Shown one piece after another: positions 15,750 through 23,586 of a stretch of DNA of 24,000 bases (positions are counted from its first letter, which is position 1; each line of letters opens with the position of its first letter). Origin of the DNA: an uncultured Methanobrevibacter sp. (lineage in GTDB: Archaea > Methanobacteriota > Methanobacteria > Methanobacteriales > Methanobacteriaceae); the NCBI RefSeq assembly GCF_902784195.1, contig NZ_CACZTX010000009.1, forward strand, positions 247,584-271,583, in the 5' to 3' direction. The position numbers and the translations under genes were made by a program. Under the pieces are notes generated by a model, which was not told where the DNA came from, searched no databases, and worked only from the letters and a program-made list of their open reading frames with translations.

Positions 15750-16463
15750 ATGGCGGGAATAACAAATGCAGAATTTGCAATGAAACTTATACCTTATGGA
15801 TTTGACACAGTCACTATTGGAGGATACAATACTGACAATGAATCAATAGATGCCTGTGAAAGAATCATAGCCAGAGGCAGGAAAGAGTTCAATTACCCTA
15901 AAGAAGAGATTTACCGTGTAATTGAAAATGAGGTTAACACCATAAAAGACAATTTTGATGTAAGCGTAAGCGCTAACTTAAGAGGAACCACCCCAGATCC
16001 TCTTATTGAAATCAGCAAAATAGCAAATCTTGACATCATTGAAATCAATTGCCATTGCAGACAAGAGGAACTTGTTGAAGCCTGTTGCGGACAAGCAATG
16101 CTTTTAAGACCAGATTTGGAAGACTACATCAATGAAGTTGTCAAAAAATCCCAGTCCCAAGTATCCATGAAGGTGAGAGCCAATGTTGAAGGAGTGGACA
16201 ACCTTGAAATAGCTAAACTAGCAGAGGATTGTGGAGTGGACTACTTGCACATAGATGCCATGAAAAAAGGGGTAAGGGATGCTGATTTTGATTTAATAAA
16301 ACAAATATCAGATAATACCAACATCTTCATTATTGGAAACAATTCAATAAACTCCATTGCTCAAGCAGAGAAGATGTTAAAAGCAGGGGCAAATGGAATT
16401 TCAATAGCTAGAGCAGCAATTGGAGGAAAATTGAATTTTGATTTGAATGATATTAAAATCTAA
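15750..16463 (+). CDS. Dus/NifR3-related FMN-type TIM-barrel protein (archaeal nifR3_rel family, function unknown); the true start is possibly upstream at ATT 15732
   Basis: Dus-like motifs appear in order: (KVLAP)MAGITN, IEINCHCRQ..CCGQAMLLRP (compare DINxGCP..GaaLl), VSMKVR, FIIGNNSI and NGISIARAAIGG. The conserved beta-1 strand KVLAP lies upstream of the first ATG. Confidence 0.65.
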   Translation: MAGITNAEFAMKLIPYGFDTVTIGGYNTDNESIDACERIIARGRKEFNYPKEEIYRVIENEVNTIKDNFDVSVSANLRGTTPDPLIEISKIANLDIIEINCHCRQEELVEACCGQAMLLRPDLEDYINEVVKKSQSQVSMKVRANVEGVDNLEIAKLAEDCGVDYLHIDAMKKGVRDADFDLIKQISDNTNIFIIGNNSINSIAQAEKMLKAGANGISIARAAIGGKLNFDLNDIKI

Positions 16464-16610
16464 TTATTCCCATTTTTACTATTTTAAAATGTTTTTCACT
16501 TTTTTAAAATTTTCAAGAAATATAATAAAATTTTATAAATAATTAATAATCATATACTAATATATCAAAAGAATACTAATTTAAGAATATTTTATTAGGA
16601 GAAAACTAGC

Positions 16611-17729
16611 ATGAAGAAAAAATATCTATTTTTAGCACTGATATTGCTTGTTAGCATAATTTCCATCTCTGCAGTCAGTGCTGCAGATGACTCAACAAGA
16701 GATATTTCTGTTGCTGATAATAATCAGGAAATTATTTTAGAAGAAAGTATCCCACAGAACGTTTTAACAAATGAGGAACCGCCAGATATTTTAACAAATG
16801 ATGCAAATGAAGAACCTGCTTTAGCAAGCAAGAATGATGAACCTATTGTCAGTTCATCAGGCAATGCAAAAGTGAAAGAAAATGCCACAGCTAAAAAAAG
16901 TTCTAAAAATAAAGTTTCTTTCAAAACCATATCCAAAGGCAGTAAGGATAAGGTTGCTGTTAAGAAAATCCAAAAGGCTTTGAAAAGGAATGGATACTAC
17001 TTAAGTTATAAGGGCCACTACTTAAAGGTTGATGGCTGGTTCGGATATTATACAGAAAGATCAGTCAAGCAATTCCAGAAGGCCAAAAAACTGAAAGTGA
17101 CTGGAAAAGTGGATGAGAAGACAGCTGAAAAGCTTAGGATAATCGACAAGTCAAATGCAGTAATCAAGTTTAAGGATGATAAGACCTTCGTAAGGGAGTA
17201 TAATGATGGAAGAGCCTTTGAAGCAAAGATTGTTAAGAAAAGGAATGGAAAAGGAATAGAAACCTTACTTTCAGTTGATTATTTGAAGAAAGGAAAGAGA
17301 ATAGCTTCCGAATATTATTGTACTGATGATGAGGGAATAAATTACATTACCCCTAACGATTTGGAAGTGGGAACATGTAAAGCAAAAATCTACTGTGAAG
17401 ATGGCGGGATAAAGGCACAGCCTAAATACAAAACAATAATAATCAAGAAGACTTCAATTAGAATGAAAGCGGCAGATATCAACCTATCCGGCAAGCAAAA
17501 TATACAGTTAAAAGCTAATTTAAGATTTAAAAACGATGCAGAAGTGGATGAAGGAAAAGTCAAGTTTACAGTAGATGGCAAGTCTTACATCGTTAAGGTT
17601 CAAAATGGACTGGCCATTAAAAATCTTAAGATTAAAAGTCTCAAGTCAAATAAATATCAAGTCACTTTCTTGGGAAACAAAAACATAAAAGCCAAGACAG
17701 TAACTGGAAAAATAGCTAAAAAAAGATAA
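16611..17729 (+). CDS. Secreted adhesin-like protein: signal peptide, PG_binding_1-like domain and two Ig-like beta modules
   Basis: The signal peptide is MKKKYLFLALILLVSIISISAVSAADD. VKKIQKALKRNGYY...VDGWFGYYTERSVKQFQKAKKLKVTGKVDEKTAEKL fits the peptidoglycan-binding-like domain consensus. The C-terminal half is Lys-rich and beta-rich, like Methanobrevibacter adhesin-like proteins. AGGAG SD is present. Confidence 0.65.
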   Translation: MKKKYLFLALILLVSIISISAVSAADDSTRDISVADNNQEIILEESIPQNVLTNEEPPDILTNDANEEPALASKNDEPIVSSSGNAKVKENATAKKSSKNKVSFKTISKGSKDKVAVKKIQKALKRNGYYLSYKGHYLKVDGWFGYYTERSVKQFQKAKKLKVTGKVDEKTAEKLRIIDKSNAVIKFKDDKTFVREYNDGRAFEAKIVKKRNGKGIETLLSVDYLKKGKRIASEYYCTDDEGINYITPNDLEVGTCKAKIYCEDGGIKAQPKYKTIIIKKTSIRMKAADINLSGKQNIQLKANLRFKNDAEVDEGKVKFTVDGKSYIVKVQNGLAIKNLKIKSLKSNKYQVTFLGNKNIKAKTVTGKIAKKR

Positions 17730-17759
17730 GTTAAATTATTTTAACTTTTTTTCTTTTTT
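17730..17759 (+). terminator. Weak hairpin plus a long oligo-T tract after the adhesin-like gene
   Basis: gttaaa-ttat-tttaac is followed by tttttttctttttt. Oligo-T is the archaeal termination signal. Confidence 0.5.
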
Positions 17760-17872
17760 AATTTTTAATTATTTTTATTTTCAATTTTTTAATCTTTTAA
17801 TTTTTTTAATATTTTAATTTTTTAAAATTTAAACTTATTTTAGACTAAACATATCTATTTTCAATTCAACAT

Positions 17873-18127
17873 TCATTTTTGTGAATTATAAAAATTCCTT
17901 AAATCATCCTTATCTTCCTCAGATAAGCTATGCCAACGAATATTTTGTATGGCTCCTTCAAATGCCATTAATCTATTTAAACATGCACTATCATCTATTT
18001 CTTTAATTTTTAGCCATGCCTCTTTACTGCCAAGATTAATCAAGTCATCGATTGTGTTTATTCCGACATCATTTAATTGTTTTTCAAGCACATTACCAAT
18101 ATTCGGTAATTTAGATAGTTCACCCAT
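17873..18127 (-). CDS. TfoX C-terminal domain (helix-hairpin-helix) protein
   Basis: LSKLPNIGNVLEKQLNDVGINTIDDLINLGSKEAWLKIK...CLNRLMAFEGAIQNIRWHSLSEEDKDDL follows the TfoX_C pattern. GAGGT SD lies upstream. Confidence 0.6.
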   Translation of the reverse strand: MGELSKLPNIGNVLEKQLNDVGINTIDDLINLGSKEAWLKIKEIDDSACLNRLMAFEGAIQNIRWHSLSEEDKDDLRNFYNSQK

Positions 18128-18273
18128 TTCAATACCTCAAGAATAGTTTTGAAAAAATTGATTTATGATATTTCTAATAGAAATCTATTTATTTAGATTT
18201 GTATTTTTAGTTTATAAATTTTGCTTTAAGATTTGTTACACAATTTCAAAAGACAAACTATATATTAAATGTT

Positions 18274-18333
18274 ATGAATATATATTCATAATAAATATAT
18301 ATTCATAATGAAATCATTATCAATAGATGATTT
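18274..18333. promoter_or_regulatory. Cluster of palindromes and direct repeats upstream of the DUF134 regulator gene (candidate operator / TATA region)
   Basis: There is a perfect 16-bp palindrome, atgaatatatattcat (18274-18289). A 16-bp direct repeat, aatatatattcataat, occurs at 18277-18292 and 18294-18309. An inverted repeat, aaatcat-N9-atgattt, spans 18311-18333. Confidence 0.45.
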
Positions 18334-18359
18334 AAGGAAATTGATTAAGGAGAGAATAA

Positions 18360-18998
18360 ATGGTTAGGCCAAAAATTGAACGTAGAATTGTGAAAAAACC
18401 AGAATATGATTGCCTAATTCATGGAGATATTTCAAGAGAAGATGACCTTGAAAGCATTAAAATGAATCTGGATGAATTCGAAGCAATCAGATTGGGAGAT
18501 TATCACAATATAAAGCAAAAAGAGGCTGCAGAATTAATGGGAATATCACAGCCAACATTCCATAGAATCATTAACTCTGCTAGAAAAAAGACAGCAATGT
18601 CTTTAATTGAAGGCAAGAAAATTGAAATAAACAATGAAAAATTTCAAGCAGAAGAAAAGGTATATATCTGCAAGGATTGTGGATTTCAATGGAATAATCC
18701 CAAAAAGGAATACACAAACTGTCCTGACTGCAAGTCTCAAAACATTGAAATAATTAAAAATGATTTGGAAAACAAGCCATCTGCTCCGCAAATCTTCAAT
18801 GTACCCGAAGCTTCAAAATATCCTTTGAATGAGAGACGTTCTTTTGGAGGTTCAGGAAGTGGAAGAGGACCATCAAAAGCATGCGAATGTCCGAACTGTG
18901 GTTACATAGCACCTAAGATTAGGGGATTCCCATGCAGAAACATAAAATGTCCTGAATGCGGAACACCATTATGCGGTTCAAATCATAAGGAAAACTAA
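18360..18998 (+). CDS. DUF134 (UPF0251) HTH DNA-binding protein fused to two C-terminal zinc ribbons
   Basis: The N-terminus MVRPKIERRI...LDEFEAIRLGDYHNIKQKEAAELMGISQPTFHRIINSARKKTAMSLIEGKKIEI matches the DUF134 consensus (MPRPxxxRRI...EAiRL.D.egl.qeeAAe.MgvSrpTf.ril..ARkKva.alveGkai.i). The C-terminal Cys clusters are CKDC..CPDC and CECPNC..C..CPECGTPLC. AAGGAG SD is present. Confidence 0.75.
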   Translation: MVRPKIERRIVKKPEYDCLIHGDISREDDLESIKMNLDEFEAIRLGDYHNIKQKEAAELMGISQPTFHRIINSARKKTAMSLIEGKKIEINNEKFQAEEKVYICKDCGFQWNNPKKEYTNCPDCKSQNIEIIKNDLENKPSAPQIFNVPEASKYPLNERRSFGGSGSGRGPSKACECPNCGYIAPKIRGFPCRNIKCPECGTPLCGSNHKEN

Positions 18999-19184
18999 TT
19001 GAAGACTAATGAAAAATTGAAAAAATTGTAAAAATATCAAAATTTATATTAATAATATCGTTTAAAAATAATATACATATAATTTAATAAATTAATATTT
19101 GATAAAATTAATATATTTTAATAAATAAAATATAATAAATTAAAAAAATAAATCATAATTACAACTAATTATCAAGGTGGGCTT

Positions 19185-20795
19185 ATGTCTTTCATAACTT
19201 TAAAAAATATTAATAAGTCATTTAATGGAGAACAAGTTCTTAAAGATATTAACTTAACAATAGAAGAAGGTTCTACATTAGGTATTCTCGGTAGAAGTGG
19301 TAGTGGAAAATCTGTTTTAATCAACATGCTAAGAGGTACTAAAGAATATGCTCCTGACAGTGGGCAAGTACTCTTTGACTTAGCAATCTGTGAAAATAAA
19401 AAATGCTTGCATGTTGAACCTGCTTCAAAAGCTGGCGAAAAATGTCCAGAATGTGGAGCTGAATTGAAAGCTAAGGAAATCGATTTCTGGAATGCTGACA
19501 GATTGGAAAAGGCAGCAATCAGAAGAAGAATTTCAATTATGCTTCAAAGAAACTTTGCATTGTACGATGAACAAAGCGTAATTGAAAACGTATTGAATGC
19601 AATGGGTGACGAAGGCAGATACGAAGAAGAGAATATTTACAACGCTATTGACTTATTGGAAATGGTTCAAATGAGTCACAGGGTTACTCATATTGCTCGT
19701 GACTTAAGTGGAGGAGAAAAACAAAGAGTTGTACTTGCAAGACAATTAGCTAAAAACCCAATGTTGCTTTTAGCTGACGAACCAACAGGTACTTTAGACC
19801 CACAAACTGCTGAAAAACTTCACCAAACCTTGATTGAAGGGGTAAAAAATGAAGGAATCAGTATGGTAATCACTTCCCACTGGCCAGAAGTTATGAATCA
19901 ATTAGCTGACGATGCTATATGGTTAGACAAAGGGGAAATCATTGAACATGGTCATCCAGATGTCATAGTTCCAAAATTCCTTGAAACCGTTCCTCAAGCT
20001 GAACAAGTTGAAAAAGTTGAGCACACCGAAGAGATCATTAGAGTAAAAGACATTAAGAAGCACTACTATTCAATTGAAAGAGGAGTTGTTAAGGCTGTAG
20101 ACGGTGTAAGTTTAACAATTAACCAAGGAGAAATTTATGGTATTGTTGGACTAAGTGGATCAGGAAAAACCACCTTAACCAGAATGATGATTGGATTGAC
20201 TGAACCAAGTTCTGGAGAACTTGAAATCAAGTTAGGTGACGACTGGATTGACATGAAAAAACCAGGCCCATTAAACAGAGGCCGTGTAACTCCATACTTA
20301 GGTTTATTACACCAAGAATACTCATTATACCCTCACAGAGACATTTTAGGAAACTTAACTGACGCTATCAGTTTGAACTTGCCTGCAGAATTTGCAAAAA
20401 TCAAGGCAGCGCACATCCTTGAAACCGTTGGTTTTGAAAAGGAAAAATCCATGAGCATCTTATCCAAATGGCAAGATGAGTTAAGTGGAGGGGAAAGACA
20501 CAGAGTAGCTCTTGCACAAGTGTTAATCAAGGAACCTAACATTGTCGTATTGGATGAACCAACAGGTACAATGGACCCAGTTACAAGAATCATCGTAACC
20601 AATTCCATCTTAAAGGCAAGAGATGAATTGGATCAAACATTTGTAATTATTTCTCACGATATGGATTTCGTATTGGATGTTTGTGACAAGGCAAGCTTAA
20701 TGAGAGGAGGAAAACTCCTCAGTACTGGAACTCCAGAAGAAATCGTTGCAGAATTAACTGGTGAAGAAAAAGCAGATATGATTAAAGATCACTAA
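19185..20795 (+). CDS. atwA: Methyl-coenzyme M reductase system component A2 (double ABC-ATPase)
   Basis: There are two ABC cassettes (GRSGSGKS / LSGGEKQR / LLLADEPT, and GLSGSGKT / LSGGERHR / IVVLDEPT). The Cys insertion CENKKC...CPECG in the first cassette is characteristic of A2. The protein is 536 aa. AAGGTGG SD is present. Confidence 0.85.
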   Translation: MSFITLKNINKSFNGEQVLKDINLTIEEGSTLGILGRSGSGKSVLINMLRGTKEYAPDSGQVLFDLAICENKKCLHVEPASKAGEKCPECGAELKAKEIDFWNADRLEKAAIRRRISIMLQRNFALYDEQSVIENVLNAMGDEGRYEEENIYNAIDLLEMVQMSHRVTHIARDLSGGEKQRVVLARQLAKNPMLLLADEPTGTLDPQTAEKLHQTLIEGVKNEGISMVITSHWPEVMNQLADDAIWLDKGEIIEHGHPDVIVPKFLETVPQAEQVEKVEHTEEIIRVKDIKKHYYSIERGVVKAVDGVSLTINQGEIYGIVGLSGSGKTTLTRMMIGLTEPSSGELEIKLGDDWIDMKKPGPLNRGRVTPYLGLLHQEYSLYPHRDILGNLTDAISLNLPAEFAKIKAAHILETVGFEKEKSMSILSKWQDELSGGERHRVALAQVLIKEPNIVVLDEPTGTMDPVTRIIVTNSILKARDELDQTFVIISHDMDFVLDVCDKASLMRGGKLLSTGTPEEIVAELTGEEKADMIKDH

Positions 20796-21076
20796 ACTCT
20801 TTTTCTTTTCTTTTTTATTTTTTCATTATTATTATTTTTAATTTTTACTATTTTTCTAGATAACACTTTAAATATTTATTAGCATAGATTATACAAACTA
20901 TTTTTAAAGATTTTCAACTATAATTAAAAACTTATATTAATATAAACAAACAAAATTAATAATGTTATATTAATTATTAATTTAATTAATTATTAATGTG
21001 ATTTCATAAATCAAAAATTCATTTATTAAAAAATTAAAATTATTTTATATTTATTATTTACAATAGAGGAAAAATT

Positions 21077-21559
21077 ATGGTATGGGAAAATTCACCGTCA
21101 CATATTTGTAGAGGAGGAGATGTAAGAGGACTCGCATTCTGTTGTCCTCCTGTAAAACCTTGCCCTATTATGGGAGCTTTAAAAGAAGTTGGATTAACTC
21201 CTCAAGAATTCTTGGACATTAAGCAAAAATTTGCAAGAGAAACTAGATTAGGCGAAGGCCCTGCAACCTGTTTTGGATCACTTGTATGGTGCTGTAAAAC
21301 TTCAAAACCTTGTCCTTTAAGAGACATGACCTTAAACCAAATAGGCATGAGCGAAGATGAATATATGAATCTCAAAAAGGAATTGTCTGAAGTGATTTTA
21401 GCAGCAGGAACACCACCTACATCAAATGAAGCGGTATTTGCACTTTCACAAACCTTTGACATAAGTGAAGCAGAAGCTGAAAAAGTTCTTGCAGACTGTA
21501 ACAATGACTTAAGAATGGCTGTAAAATTATTAAAACTTAAACAATTAGAACAAAAATAA
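21077..21559 (+). CDS. Methanogenesis marker protein 9 family (duplicated CCx3KPCP motif, 8 core Cys) with a C-terminal UBA-like helix bundle
   Basis: [11 protein letters not shown] and [11 protein letters not shown] are each followed by G(L/M)(T/S)xxE(F/Y)(L/M)x(I/L)K. The eight core Cys are C11, 22, 23, 29, 65, 72, 73 and 79. This matches my recollection of the marker-9 / COG4008 description. The tail [24 protein letters not shown] resembles NAC/UBA domains. Confidence 0.65.
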   Translation: MVWENSPSHICRGGDVRGLAFCCPPVKPCPIMGALKEVGLTPQEFLDIKQKFARETRLGEGPATCFGSLVWCCKTSKPCPLRDMTLNQIGMSEDEYMNLKKELSEVILAAGTPPTSNEAVFALSQTFDISEAEAEKVLADCNNDLRMAVKLLKLKQLEQK

Positions 21560-21578
21560 ACTTTTAGTTATCATAATC

Positions 21579-21605
21579 CATCTGAATTTATGTGAAAATC
21601 AGATG
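21579..21605 (+). other. 7-bp stem / 13-nt loop hairpin between the marker-9 gene and the sirC-like gene
   Basis: The arms are catctga and tcagatg. No T-run follows, so it is not clearly a terminator. Confidence 0.25.
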
Positions 21606-21638
21606 CGAAAATCAATTGACAATAAATGATGTGATAAT

Positions 21639-22262
21639 ATGGGAAAAACTTCTCTTTTCTTTGAAGTGGAAAACAAGAATGTCTTTATTTTAGGCACTGG
21701 AGAGGTTGCTACAAGAAGAGCACATCGCTTTTTAGATAAAGGAGCCAATGTAATATTGGCAGGAAATTCAATTGATGAAGAATTGACTAAAAAAGGAGCT
21801 ATTTTAACACCTTTAAAAGACCTTGACGAAATGGTTAAATGGAGCGACATAGTGATTACTGCAAGCGGCGATGAAAAGCTATGTGAATACATCGCATCCA
21901 TCAGCCAAGGAAAATTAATTAACAGAGCAGACAAACCTGAAGAAGGAAATATAATAGCGCCTACAAGTTTCTTGATAGATGATATAGAGATATCCATTTA
22001 TACAAATGGGCAAAGTCCTTTAATGGCTAGAGAACTTAGAAAGAAAATACAATCAATCATTACAGAAGAGGATATCCTTGAGATAAAGCTTCAAGATCAT
22101 GCAAGAAAAATCCTTAAGGAAAAAGTAGATGACCAAAAGGTGAGAAGGGAATATCTTGAGAGTATTCTAAACAATGAAGAAATAAGGAACTGCCTAAAGG
22201 AAAATAAATTAGATGATGCTAAAAGGCTTGCAGAAAGCATAATTAACTCTGACTTATCATAA
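21639..22262 (+). CDS. sirC: Precorrin-2 dehydrogenase / sirohydrochlorin ferrochelatase (siroheme synthase N-terminal domain homologue)
   Basis: The Rossmann motif VFILGTGEVATRRAHRFLDKGANVILAG is present (compare CysG-N / Met8). The protein is ~200 aa and sits immediately upstream of hemA, 18 nt away. Confidence 0.75.
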   Translation: MGKTSLFFEVENKNVFILGTGEVATRRAHRFLDKGANVILAGNSIDEELTKKGAILTPLKDLDEMVKWSDIVITASGDEKLCEYIASISQGKLINRADKPEEGNIIAPTSFLIDDIEISIYTNGQSPLMARELRKKIQSIITEEDILEIKLQDHARKILKEKVDDQKVRREYLESILNNEEIRNCLKENKLDDAKRLAESIINSDLS

Positions 22263-22280
22263 AATAAAGGAGACTCAAAA

Positions 22281-23483
22281 TTGATAATCAATATACGTGT
22301 AGACCATACTCTTGCAGACATAGAAACTATGGAAAAGGTATCAAAAGATTTAAAAGAATTGTTTTCAGCTTTAAAAGAACAGATTGATGTTAAAGAATAT
22401 ATTGAAATCAATACATGCAATAGATATGAGTATTTCCTTTATGCTGAGGATTACAATGAACTTGACTTAGACTGCGAAAACAAGTATGTCATAATACAAT
22501 ATAGTGATGAAGCAGTTTTGCATTTATTCAGAATGACTTCCGGTCTTGAATCCATGATTATCGGTGAAGACCAAATCTTAGGCCAAGTGAAGGATGCAAA
22601 ATTAAAAGGTGAAAGGGAAGGCCATTGCGGAAAGAAATTGGATGCTGTTTTCACAAAGGCAATCCATGTCGGTCAAGTTGTGAGAAACAAGACTAAAATC
22701 AATCAGGGATCCATTTCCATCGGTTCAGCAGCAGTTGACCTTGCAGAAGAAAATCTTGGAGATTTGCAAGATAAGAATGTTCTTGTTATTGGTGCAGGAA
22801 AGATGGGAACTCTCGTTGCAAAGGCATTAGCTGAAAAGAACTTGAAAGCTATTTTTGTTGCAAACAGAACTTATTACAAAGCTATTAAACTGGCAGAGGA
22901 ACTTGATGGGGAAGCAATTCTCTTTGATAACTTGGAAGAAAAATTGCTCAACGCAGACCTTGTCATCAGTTCCACTGGAGCGCCTCATGCAATCATCAAT
23001 AAAGCAAGACTATTGAAAGTATTTGATGAGAAAATACCAAAAAAGATGGTTTTCATTGATATTGCAAATCCAAGAGACATTGAAGAGGATGTTAAGGAAA
23101 TAGGCATTGACTTATTTAACATCGATGACTTAAGGGGAATTGCAGAGAAAAATAAAAAGCTTCGTGAGAAAGAAGTTATCGAAGCAGAAAAGATAATCAA
23201 AAGTGAGTTTGATTTACTTAAAGAATCCTTTAATTTAATTGAAATAAATACATTACTTGGTAGTTTAAGAGAGTCTATGGAAGAGATAAGACAACGTGAG
23301 AGTCAAAAGGGCATAGTTAAACTAAATAGTGTAGATGCAAAGGATATAAAAACTATAGATAAGATGACTCAGTCCATAGTCAACAAAATATTTTATGACA
23401 TTTCTGAAAACATCAGAAAAACAGCAAAAAATAATGAAGATGATTACGTAAGAATATGTGAAATGATCTTAAAAGGAGACTAA
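22281..23483 (+). CDS. hemA: Glutamyl-tRNA reductase
   Basis: The catalytic NTCNRYE, SGLESMIIGEDQILGQVK and the NADPH-binding VLVIGAGKMG motifs are present. The TTG start at 22281 has GGAG 8 nt upstream. Confidence 0.9.
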   Translation: MIINIRVDHTLADIETMEKVSKDLKELFSALKEQIDVKEYIEINTCNRYEYFLYAEDYNELDLDCENKYVIIQYSDEAVLHLFRMTSGLESMIIGEDQILGQVKDAKLKGEREGHCGKKLDAVFTKAIHVGQVVRNKTKINQGSISIGSAAVDLAEENLGDLQDKNVLVIGAGKMGTLVAKALAEKNLKAIFVANRTYYKAIKLAEELDGEAILFDNLEEKLLNADLVISSTGAPHAIINKARLLKVFDEKIPKKMVFIDIANPRDIEEDVKEIGIDLFNIDDLRGIAEKNKKLREKEVIEAEKIIKSEFDLLKESFNLIEINTLLGSLRESMEEIRQRESQKGIVKLNSVDAKDIKTIDKMTQSIVNKIFYDISENIRKTAKNNEDDYVRICEMILKGD

Positions 23484-23586
23484 ACTTAAAATCCTTAAAA
23501 AAATAATTTGATAAAGTCATAAAATAGTAGATAAGTCTTAAAAAAATATAGAAAAAATTAAAAATAAAATAATGAAAGGATGTTGA

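Noticed and set aside
16611-17729. The adhesin-like protein as the substrate of the sortase at 2362-3126
   Set aside because: The C-terminus (…KTVTGKIAKKR) has no LPxTG-like motif and no hydrophobic stretch before the basic tail. The genes are also 13 kb apart.
20796-21076. A 281-bp spacer upstream of the marker-9 gene containing TTTTATAT (21043-21050), considered as a leaderless promoter
   Set aside because: The TATA-to-ATG spacing would place the transcription start site inside or after the good AGAGGA SD (21064-21070). The two signals therefore conflict, and I cannot choose between them without transcription start site data.
20333-22654. Antisense ORFs inside atwA (20333-20608), the marker-9 gene (21202-21504), the sirC-like gene (21599-21997) and the sirC/hemA region (22097-22420 and 22451-22654)
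   Set aside because: All overlap well-supported genes on the opposite strand. None has a recognisable domain or translation signal.
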